From contig NW_021835901.1 in the NCBI RefSeq assembly GCF_006345805.1, positions 1 through 40,690 of the forward strand: a stretch of DNA of 40,690 nt, read 5' to 3'. A program made the position numbers and the translations under genes. Positions 30,501 to 40,690 of this stretch are shown here, one piece after another (the stretch's first letter is position 1; the number at the start of each line of letters is the position of its first letter). Below the pieces are notes generated by a model. That model worked only from the letters and a program-made list of their open reading frames with translations, did no database searches and was not told the origin of the DNA. Origin of the DNA: Octopus sinensis. Its lineage: Eukaryota.

Positions 30501-30640
30501 TATATATATATATATATATACACACACATATATATATATATATTATATATATATATATATATTATATATATATATAATATACATATATATATATACATAT
30601 GTATATATGTATATATATATACATATGTATATATATATAC

Positions 30641-30702
<62 letters not shown>

Positions 30703-30754
30703 GTATATATATATATATATATACATATGTATATATATATATACATATATATAC

Positions 30755-30798
<44 letters not shown>

Positions 30799-30856
30799 TA
30801 TATATATATACATATATACTCATTAGGTTATATATATATATATATATATATATATA
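30501..30856. repeat. (TA)n/(TACA)n microsatellite
   Basis: Directly visible. Confidence 0.95.
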
Positions 30857-31200
30857 CGAGCAAAACGCACCAGTCAAATGGACGGTGCTGAGTTGTCAAA
30901 CATTTAAACCAAATTTTCTGAAAACAATTTGCCCGACCGTCCCATAGGCCTCCCCTTTCAGAAACACTGATTTAGCCTAAATTTGAGACACCAGCAAAAG
31001 AACAAATAAAGATAGAAAGTTAAGGCAAAAAAAGACTTCTTGAGAAACCAAATAGTCTTTCCTTCCTTCATGCCAAGTTTGAAGAAAATATCTCTTTTGC
31101 GTCTCAGTCAAGTTGAAATTTCCTAGAGTAAGGCTAAGCAATTTTAAATGATAATTAGTTTGTAGATATGAATTGAAAAATGCTGCGGTTTAATATAAAA
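30857..31200 (-). mobile_element. Possible Helitron of a different family
   Basis: Minus-strand hairpin GCACCGTC...GACTGGTGC followed by GTTTTGCTCG|T (CTAG variant). Confidence 0.35.
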
Positions 31201-31235
31201 TTTCAGGATTTTCCATAAGTTGCCTGACTCTCTCA

Positions 31236-31542
31236 TCTTTATATATAAAATTGAAGTTGTGTGTATGAGACTCTGTCTCCTCCGATTTAGATTCCTAACT
31301 ACACCCACATTTTGCGATGCAGTTTAACCAAAAGCGGGTATCTTATAGTCGTCATTCATATCGAGCCCTTCTGGGTATTAGTGCGCGTCTAGGATGAGTC
31401 TAAGATTTTAAAAAAAATTACCATAATTTTTTCCGCATTTGTAATGATTTTTGCTCGGGTTATATATGGGAAGTAACTCTCTAAAAATGCTTATATAGTT
31501 ATTTCCCTTACAAACCCGCGCAACGCCGTGCGATACTGCTAG
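31236..31542 (+). mobile_element. Non-autonomous Helitron (307 bp)
   Basis: A|TCTTTATATATAAAA start; decayed hairpin; CTAG|T end; no target-site duplication. Confidence 0.87.
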
Positions 31543-31781
31543 TTTGAAATAAAACATCTACGTAGATACATTTGATAAGTGGAACTGTTTTATTATTACC
31601 CACAAGGGGCGAACATAGAGGGGGTAACATTTGATAAGTGGAACGTGTAGATGGGCATCAGGATGGACAGCTTGTCTCTTAATTATGGGTGCAGTTTCAA
31701 GTAAAGACAAGTCACTTGTTGGTGTTACATTAAGTCTATTAATCTGCACCTAACTGTTTTGAAAAGTAATAATCTACTTGT

Positions 31782-32088
31782 GGAGGCACATGGCCTAGTG
31801 GTTAGAGCAGCGGAGACGCGGTAGAGGGATCGCGGATTCGAATCTCAGACCGGGCGATATGTGTGTTCATGAACGAAACACCTAAGCTCCACGTGGCTCC
31901 GGCAGAAGGTAATGGCGAAACTTCTGCTGACTCTTTCGCCACAACTTTCTCTCACTCTTTTATCCTGTATCTTGCTGCTCACCTGCGAAGGAACGGCGTC
32001 TCGTCCAGGTGGGGAACCTACACGCCAAGAAACCGGGGAAACCGGCCCTTATGAGCCAGACATGGCTCGAGAAGGAAAACAACAATCA
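31782..32088 (+). mobile_element. tRNA-derived SINE (family B head, different tail)
   Basis: A box TGGCCTAGTGG, B-box-like GATTCGAATC, (AAC)n tail. Confidence 0.8.
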
Positions 32089-32134
32089 CCTACTTGGTTT
32101 GGGTGTCTTCATGCGCCATACATTATTATATTAC

Positions 32135-32661
32135 ATACAAAGGAGGGAGCCTAATCTCCGAACAGTTGCTCAAAATATAATTTCCTCTAAATATTTATCA
32201 GACGAGACGCTTCACCGTTTATAAAAACGTTTGGATAATGTGTGATGTTGAATAAGAGTTGCAGAAAGAGGATATAATAGTGGTATACACTTGCAAAGAG
32301 AAAGTAGGAGAAAGTGTGGTAATGGCAAGAGTAAAGCATTTGAAATGAGAGAGGCAAATCGTAAAATATTGGGTTTTCTCGAATTTTTGCTTAATTGGGG
32401 GTGAAATTGAAAAAAAATGTATATGCCATGACCCAATCGAATCTACTTCGAAAAATCATAGGTAAATTCCAATTGAAGGAATTCTATATTGTACAATTGT
32501 ATTAAAAAGAAACATAGTCACAGGCAGAGAAAATCTGCCTTTTATCATAAGAGATACAAAGGAGGGAGCCTAATCTCTGAACAGTTGCTCAAAATATAAT
32601 TTCCTCTAAATATTTATCAGACGAGACGCTTCACCCTTTATAAAAACGTTTGGATAATGTG
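32135..32661. repeat. ~107-bp direct repeat pair around a ~310-bp spacer
   Basis: 32135-32242 and 32554-32661 are nearly identical. Confidence 0.9.
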
Positions 32662-33761
32662 GTTCTTATAAGACACGGTCTGAAAATGGTTTGATAATGG
32701 CTGCAATTCTCTGACTAAGAAAGAACCACTCAATCGAGGCTCAGTGAAACCTGTGGCTAAACAACAGCCACCTTCAATGTCAAATTTCCAAGCTGCCTTC
32801 CGTTAAGAGGTCATACACTTCTCTGAAACTGCTGACTCTACCTAAATCCTCTCTCATTTGTCCTTCATTTCAAAACATTTGTTCTTCTTCAAGATGGTAT
32901 TTTTAACTAGTAAGATGTTTAGAGTTTGTAGGATACATCAATGTAAATCGAACCAACTTCAGTATTTTATTAGCAGCTTTATCGATCGAAGGCCAAGTTG
33001 GTATAAACAGTGAAGATTGATTGCTAATATCCATAGCTTTCTCGGAGGACATTATTGATATCCGTTTGACATCGAAATACAAACACAAAAGAAGCCTTTA
33101 TTAATTCAAAGCCTTAACTCTCTACTTGTTATGATTGACCGCACTTCATCCAACAACATTAAACATGAATAATCCGGTACAAAATGAAAAACAAAAACAA
33201 ATCGAAAGCTATCGATATATTGCAAAGTTGAAATAGTTTTTGTTCACCAGGCTTATAAATACAGTCAACTTGTTTCAAGAGGTATTGTTGCGGAGACCGG
33301 TGAATAAGAGCGGTCATTGATCGGAAAAGTAACGAAGCTGAGAGTGAAACTGATAGTTTATAAATAATCGTGAAAGCAAAGTATTTTGGAAAGAAAGCAA
33401 CGACAATATAAGACTCCAAGTTTGCGAACGTATTTGAGAAAAGCGAAATAACCTGCGGGCAAATTCTAGAGTCAAGGGGAACGAAAGTTCAAGTTGTACA
33501 TCTATCTTAATAAGAGAGTAAAAAATCTGAAGATATTGTTTTAAGGACATATCATCTTGAAGCTTGAATTGTGAAATATCTTAAGTTTATTCTTAAATTG
33601 TCGGAACGAAGAGAATAGAAAGGAATAAAAGAAATCCTGTTTATCGAAACTGGAAAAAAAGAAATATTAAAAGGAAAGAAGATATTGTTTCCAGTGAGAC
33701 ACGTCTGGTTGGTCGATTTTGCAACTAAAAGGGAAGTTTACTTAACAACCCTGTAACAGTC

Positions 33762-35346
33762 ATGAACCTTAAAGGTAAGTGAATTAATGATATTAGGAAT
33801 GAAAAGAGAGATAAATTCTAAACTTGTTTTTATAATTCTATGATATAAACACTGTGGAGGCGCAATGGCCCAGTGGTTAGGGCAGCGGACTCGCGGTCGG
33901 AGGATCGCGGTTTCGATTCCCTGACCGGGCGTTGTGAGTATTTATTGAGCGAAAACACCTAAAGCTCAATACTGCTACTACTTGTGCTTTCATCGCATTA
34001 GGTTTATCATAATCCTTTTCCCATTTCCAAGGAGAATGGAAAGAAGAGAGGTGGATTCGTTTAAATCTTGGATCGACTGATAGAATTCTTTAGAGACATA
34101 TTTTGTCCACAAATTCTGCACTTGTCACCACCTTCTGATGTGTTGTCTATTCTGTAGTTTTTGACTCAGTAGGTGAATATGAAATGTTATATCAGAACAA
34201 ATATTACCTATTTGTGTATTCAAGAAACATGCTCTCTCTCCCTCTCTTTTTCTCTCTCTCCATCTCTTTCTCTCTCTCTCTGTATGTATATATATATATA
34301 TACATATATATATATGCGTGTGTGTGTGTGTGTGTTATAAATGCATATCGTTATAGGTGTAAAAATACCATAAAAAATTATAGAAAAATGGAGGAGAAAA
34401 AGATGTTGAATCAAAATTAGATTTAATACAAAATAGGGTTCAATACATACGCGCATTTCAAAGGACAATACAAATAAGTAAGGAAAAATTTTGACCAAAG
34501 TAATTATGATTAAATTTATGCATTGTCATTTTCATCTGTGTGAGGAATTTTTGTAAGGACATCAAAAGAGGTTTAATAAAATAAAGTAAATTAAAAAAAA
34601 GATACAATACGGGAGAATACAAATGGGGTAATAGGGAAAAAAATCTGATATTTGCAAGCAAGTTTTAAAAGGGGAAAAAAGTAACAATAATAATAATAAT
34701 AATAATAGTAAGAGAGACGAAAGGTAAAAAAGACAGACATACCTATGCTTATGCATGTCTATATGTGCAGTAATATACCTTTATCGGTATTTTTCAACTA
34801 CTATTTTCGTATTCTCATTACTTGCTCTGGCTGTTTTTTTTTTATGAATATGATGAATATGAGAGAGATGAATAGACAAACACGCATGCGTGCATGTAAT
34901 CTTGTATATTTTTCAGGAATGGAAACATCAATTCAATATCATTTGATTCTCCTATTGCTGCCATATTTCACGCTTGTATTTTCCGTAACACCTGTAATTG
35001 GACAACCAACGTATAGAGAAGGCCAATTCACAAAACTCACAACAAAATGCTTAACTGATCAGAATAAAGCAAGAGAATACACGTCATCTCTTAAAGAATG
35101 TTCATTTCGGTGTATTTCCCGCGATGAGTGCGAATATTTTACCTATTGTAATGCCGATGTTATATGCACCGATTGTTCCACGACAAATACATCGAAGATT
35201 ATGATTGCAACTGTTCATCGTATATTTCGGCCAAGGGAAACGGTATGTAAATCAACATTTTCCTGTATGCTTTTTCTAATTATTACATATTTTAATCAAT
35301 AATCTATGTGTTCTATATACAAATGATTATAATAATATATATGTAT

Positions 35347-35381
<35 letters not shown>

Positions 35382-35392
35382 ATATATTAGAT

Positions 35393-35424
<32 letters not shown>

Positions 35425-35439
35425 ATATATATATATATA

Positions 35440-35478
<39 letters not shown>

Positions 35479-35510
35479 TGTATGTATATATATATATATG
35501 TATATATATA

Positions 35511-35561
<51 letters not shown>

Positions 35562-35706
35562 TATACATATATATATATATATATATAATATATACCATAC
35601 AACATTACAACATATGCGTGTATGTATGTACACGTGTGTGTGTATGTATGCACATATATATATGTGCGTGTGTGCGGGTATGTGTGTATTTGTGTGTATG
35701 TATATA

Positions 35707-35781
<75 letters not shown>

Positions 35782-38284
35782 CATACATATATGTGTATAT
35801 ATATATGCGTATATGTGTGTGTTGTATATATATGAATATGTATATTGTTCGTGTATATATATGTATATTCTGTATAATTTTTTGCCCGCAGTTTTACTTC
35901 ATGTCTACCCTTCTGTACCCACTATAATTCCGTATCTTGCCGTGTGCGAGAATGGATCTTTTTGTTATACCTGTGTCTGTGCATATACATACTTTTATGT
36001 ATAGGCATAGGGATCTACTCCCCCGTGTGCGTGGGTGTGGGCGTGAGTGCAGGTGTATACATATTTCTGCCCACACGCATGCGTGTAAGTGCGAGTGTGC
36101 CTGTATGAACGCATGTGCGTGTATGTACATACGCACGTATGCGCGTCGGTTCGTGTACCAAACTACATACGCCTTTTTCCATATATATCTGTATATGTTT
36201 ACACGAGAGTACGTATGTATGCTTGTATGCGTGTAGTTGCGTATGCGTGCGTATATGTACGCGTGTATATGGGTGTATGTATCCATGCGTGTACGTATGT
36301 ACATGATGACCACTTGATACGTTACGAGGAACTAGATAAGCGGTTTAACCAAACAACTCTAATTTACAATACACTAGGTCCCCAGACGCCCCGGTTGATT
36401 TATGACACCCACGGCTTCTACAACCAGAATTTGTCATTTTCCTGACCACCATGTTGGTCCGTAACAACTTTATATCCCTTATCCTTATATTCTTTTACAT
36501 TTCTATATTCTTATATCCTTTATATTTCTGATAATTTTTTAAAATATTTTTTTATAACTTTTATTTTTTATAACTTTATATCCTTATATTCTTTTATATT
36601 TCTATATTCTTATATCCTTTATATTTCTGATAATTTTTTAAAATATTTTTTTATAACTTTTATTTTTTATAACTTTATATCTTTATATTCTTTTATATTT
36701 CTATATTCTTATATCCTTTATATTTCTGATAATTTTTTAAAATATTTATTTATAACTTTTATTTTTTATAACTTTATATCCTTATATTCTTTTATATTTC
36801 TATATTCTTATATCCTTTATATTTCTGATAATTTTTAAAAATATTTTTTATAACTTTTATTTTTTATAACTTTATATCTTTATATTCTTTTATATTTCTA
36901 TATTCTTATATCCTTTATATTTCTGATATTTTTTTAAATATTTTTTTATAACTTTTATTTTTTTAACTTTATATCTTTATATTCTTTTTATTTTCTATAT
37001 TCTTATATCCTTTATATTTCTGATAATTTTTTAAAATATTTTTTTATAACTTTTATTTTTTATAACTTTATATCCTTATATTCTTTTATATTTCTATATT
37101 CTTATATCCTTTATATTTCTGATAATTTTTTAAAATATTTTTTTATAACTTTTATTTTTTATAACTTTATATCCTTATATTCTTTTATATTTCTATATTT
37201 TTATATCCTTTATATTTCTGATAATTTTTTAAAATATTTTTTATAACTTTTATTTTTTATAACTTTATATCTTTATATTCTTTTATATTTCTATATTCTT
37301 ATATCCTTTATATTTCTGATAATTTTTTAAAATTTTTTTTATAACTTTTATTTTTTATAACTTTATATCTTTATATTCATTTATATTTTTTTATATCTCT
37401 TTATATCTTTATACTCTATATTTTTATATTTTTATATACTTATATTCTTATTTTTCACATTTTTATATTTTTATCCTTCGTCCTGAATTCTCGTCCCTCC
37501 ATCTTTATCCCTATTTACTCTTATTACCAGGTTACTTCACGTCTGTCTGTATTTATATATGTATATATCTATTTATAAGGGCGCGTGGCTTAGTGGTTAG
37601 GGCATTCGGCTCATGATCGTAAGGTTGTGAGTTCGATTCCCGGCGACCTCGTTGTGTCCTTGACAAGACACTTCATTTCACGTTGCTCCAGTCCACTCAG
37701 CTGGCAAAAATGAGTTGTACTTGTACTTCAAAGGGTCAGCCTTGTCACTCTCTGTGTCACGCTGATTATCCCCGAGAACTACGTTAAGGGTACACGTGTC
37801 TGTGGAATGCTCAGCCATTTGCACGTTATTTCACGAGCAGGCTGTTCCCGTTGACGGATCAGCTGGGACCCTCGTCGTCGTAACCGACGGAGTCTTTATA
37901 TATTTATTTATTCATTTATTTATATTACCTCACATCCAAACTTCCTCATTCTACATTGAGAGAAGACGAGATGGACGCTTCATTTTTATGCTGTTGCGCA
38001 TTATGTCGTACGCGAATGAGAGGATTTGCATCCCCAACGTAGAATTTTTGATGTAATACATGTCCTTGGGGTAGTATTGTGCGCGGCTGAAAAAGACCAT
38101 AGACACACATTATGCATTGTTATAAATCCGTCTAATAAAGGCCCGAAACATATGTACCGCTGAATCCTTGGCATCATGTTTTATTTGATTAATATACTCC
38201 ACCACCTACACCACCAAACGGTATATACAGGTGCTTACAATTATCAAGTACTCACCCTGAATTTCTGTACCCAACTATATATAC

Positions 38285-38315
<31 letters not shown>

Positions 38316-39260
38316 CATACATATATATATATGCATATATATATTTATATATATAATATATATAAAAAAAAGTAATACCTACCAATCTACCCCCATCATC
38401 TCACAATCAATGGAAGAATTTAACCCCGAGACTTAATCCTCAATATGGTTACTTCAATCATTCAACTAGACACAACCTAACTATACAACATCACTTCTCC
38501 TTCCACCCACATTACAATATTAAAAATAAATTTAACCCAAACCACATCAACCATAGACAATATAACAACATCATAAGCGGAAAGTGTAACCTCTCGAAAG
38601 AGCTGTTCTTCACTCCTGCGCCAGAGCGTCGGCTGCGGGGTCACTCCGAAAAGCTCTATCTGCGACGATTTCATCTCAATCGAAGGAGAGGGGCTTTCTC
38701 CGTCCGGGTTGCGGATCTGTGGAATAAGCTGCTAGACGAGATAGTGAAGATGCCGACGTCCGCTTGGTTCAAAGTCTCTCTTGACCTCAAGTGGCCTGAA
38801 CTCTTTACATGAACACCACCCTGTACATAACTCCATGTCCCCCTACATGGCCTTGCTCTTTGCTTTTTGAGCCAAAAAATTAACTAACTAATACAACCAT
38901 AATCCAGTCCGCTACACAATCACTCCACCACGAATATACTAAGCAAGCTACTTACCACACAGCCACTCCTTTGCCTAACAATTATTTTAGTATTTGCACT
39001 AAATGAAAGTGAAAGTAAGTATAAATATTACCTTGAAAAAGAAAAGGGACATTTTTTCGTTTGGCCCCTTCTCTCACACACATTCATGTGACCCTTTCCT
39101 GCCGTTTACGGTTTAACATCTTGTATGTACATTTAGGTCTAAATTATTTACTTTTATTGTATATGCAGGTAAAGGCTGGCAGAAAGTATTTGAGGTAAGC
39201 GAAAACTCATTCACAAGAAATCTTATTTATTTATACTGGGACAAATTGCCTATTGAAAAG
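33762..39260 (+). CDS. 5' part of a gene for a secreted PAN/Apple-like domain protein (exons 33762-33774, 34917-35242, 39169-39260), apparent 1-nt frameshift near 35153
   Basis: AAAG|GTAAGT donor joins in frame (MNLKG-METSIQ). Hydrophobic signal-like segment, then [20 protein letters not shown] (C-x3-C-x5-C). Third exon KGWQKVF...YWDKLPIEK has CAG / GTAAGG boundaries. Confidence 0.65.
33856..33968 (+). mobile_element. SINE family B 5' fragment
   Basis: Nearly identical to 39938-40050. Confidence 0.85.
35330..35870. repeat. (TA)n/(TG)n microsatellite region
   Basis: Directly visible; degenerate purine-pyrimidine alternation continues to about 36310. Confidence 0.93.
36465..37440. repeat. 99-bp AT-rich tandem repeat (about 9.5 copies)
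   Basis: CTGAT anchor at 36528, 36627, 36726, 36825, 36923, 37020, 37119, 37218 and 37316. Confidence 0.95.
37579..37895 (+). mobile_element. tRNA-derived SINE sharing its 3' half with family B
   Basis: TGGCTTAGTGG and GTTCGATTCC boxes; 3' part matches 40140-40320. Confidence 0.82.
38083..38160 (+). ncRNA. Degenerate minimal hammerhead ribozyme motif
   Basis: Stem I GCGG/CCGC; core CTGAAAA (G-to-A change); partial stem II TAGAC/GTCTA; GAAA at 38145-38148; palindromic ACATATGT; GUA at 38156. Confidence 0.55.
38575..38891 (+). mobile_element. CR1-like LINE 3' end
   Basis: [17 protein letters not shown]...FKVSLD followed by an (AACT)n tail. Confidence 0.75.
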
Positions 39261-39516
39261 GTAAGGAATTTTTGACATTTCAAATTTCTCTCCATTTAAT
39301 AAACAATCTCCATTTTGGTCAATCTGCCATCTTTTGGGAAGATTTTATTTTTACCTTTTTCTGTCGATATTGCAATGGCTTATGTAATTAACACTCTTGG
39401 TACTGGCCATTTTGTTTTCACTGTTTAACCTTGGTCAACAAATCTCTTCACATTTCAAGAATCTGTCTTTGGATTCTTGTAGAATAAAGGAACGCACTTT
39501 TCTGCAGGTCGACATA

Positions 39517-39683
39517 TATACGACGGGCTTCTTTCAGTTTCCGTCTACCAAATCCACTCACAAAGCTTTGGTCGGCCCGAGGCTATAGTAGAAGACACTT
39601 GCCCAAGGTGCCACGCAGTGGGACTGAACCCGGAACCATGTGGTTGGTAAGTAAGCTACTTACCACCCAGCCACTCCTCCGCC
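39517..39683 (-). mobile_element. SINE family A, 5' half
   Basis: Matches about 17070-17236. Confidence 0.85.
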
Positions 39684-39724
39684 TATCTGTTTCAAATTCT
39701 AGTAAGAGGACACCAATATTTTAG

Positions 39725-39901
39725 TGTGGGGATAGGCCGATTACATCCACCCCGGTACTCAACTAGTACTTATTTTACTGACCCCGAAAGATTGAAAGGT
39801 AACGTCGACTTCGGCGGAGATCGAACTCAGAACGCAAAGACGGACGAAATGCCAGTAAGCATTTTTCCCGAACTGCTAACGATTCTGCCAGCTCACCGCC
39901 T
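39725..39901 (-). mobile_element. SINE family C
   Basis: Matches about 11945-12112. Confidence 0.75.
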
Positions 39902-39937
39902 TTTTTCCTTATCTGCAATATTCGTATTTTCGTGTGT

Positions 39938-40521
39938 GGAGGCGCAATGGCCCAGGGGTTAGGGCAGCGGACTCGCGGTCATAGGATCGCGGTTTCGATT
40001 CCCAGACCGGGCGTTGTGAGTGTTTATTGAGTGAAAACACCTAAAAAAGCTCCAAGAGGCTCCGGCAGGGGATGGTGGTGATCCCTGCTGTACTCTTTCA
40101 CCACAACTTTCTCTCACTCTTATTTCCTGTTTCTGTTGTACCTGTACTTCAAAGGGCTGGCCTTGTCACTCTCTGTGTCACGCTGAATATCCCCGAGAAC
40201 TACGTTAAGGGTGGACGTGTCTGTGGAGTGCTCAGCCACTTACACGTTAATTTCACGAGCAGGCTGTTCCGTTGATTCGGATCAACCGGAACCCTCGTCG
40301 TCGGAACCGGCGGAGTGCTTCCACTTCTTGTTTCTGTTGTACCTGTACTTCAAAGGGCCGGCCTTGTCACTCTCTGTGTCACGCTGAATATCCCCGAGAA
40401 CTACGTTAAGGGTGGACGTGTCTGTGGAGTGCTCAGCCACTTACACGTTAATTTCACGAGCATTCTGTTCCGTTGATTCGGATCAACCGGAACCCTCATC
40501 GTCGTAACCGACAGAGTGCTT
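39938..40521 (+). mobile_element. SINE family B with tandemly duplicated 201-bp 3' half
   Basis: tRNA-like head; GAGAACTACG at 40195 and 40396. Confidence 0.87.
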
Positions 40522-40690
40522 CTAATTTTCGTGCATCGCTCCCTCATCCGTATCACTTTTAAATCTCCATCACAAGTCTGCTTATGTTGAACTTCTTTTG
40601 CTCCAGATTCCTTATCCAAACTTACTTGCATCTTCCACATCATTTTCCTCATATTCTTTCTCATTCTTCTGTTGGTGTTAAAATTTCCTT

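Noticed and set aside
33856-33930. tRNA gene candidates (also at 31782, 37579 and 39938)
   Set aside because: A/B boxes run straight into repeated SINE bodies; no clean acceptor stem or terminator.
36320-36466. Short segment with GTTACG...CGTAAC inverted ends
   Set aside because: Only a 6-bp match, no target-site duplication, single copy.
39508-39588. TTTCTGCAG acceptor as the next PAN-gene exon
   Set aside because: It reads into an antisense SINE and stops after about 26 codons; the true next exon probably lies outside the window.

Overview
AT-rich, repeat-dense eukaryotic DNA. The SINE and microsatellite content looks like a coleoid cephalopod (Octopus-like); this is inference from recall. 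Reading splice sites by hand gives a 14-coding-exon + strand gene (4200-24301, 1803 nt, 600 aa, all exon phases consistent). It encodes Mind-bomb-like ankyrin repeats, one RING finger, four 17-aa repeats and a C-terminal Death domain, and lacks the Mind bomb N-terminal substrate-binding modules. The four repeats sit on 51-nt phase-symmetric micro-exons in a 166-bp tandem array that appears to derive from the first Death-domain exon plus its flanking introns. A second gene (signal peptide + PAN/Apple-like domain) starts near 33762/34919 and appears to carry a 1-nt frameshift. Four minimal type I hammerhead-ribozyme motifs were found (one intact at 29221-29358, three degenerate), plus two palindromic half-sites. 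They have unrelated stem sequences but the same architecture, typical of Penelope-like elements or retrozymes. The rest comprises non-autonomous Helitrons, mariner relics, a young 5'-truncated RTE LINE, CR1/Hero fragments, four SINE families, a long-TIR foldback element with telomere-like repeats just after the first gene's stop codon, and several satellites. All coordinates were read by eye; repeat boundaries are approximate.
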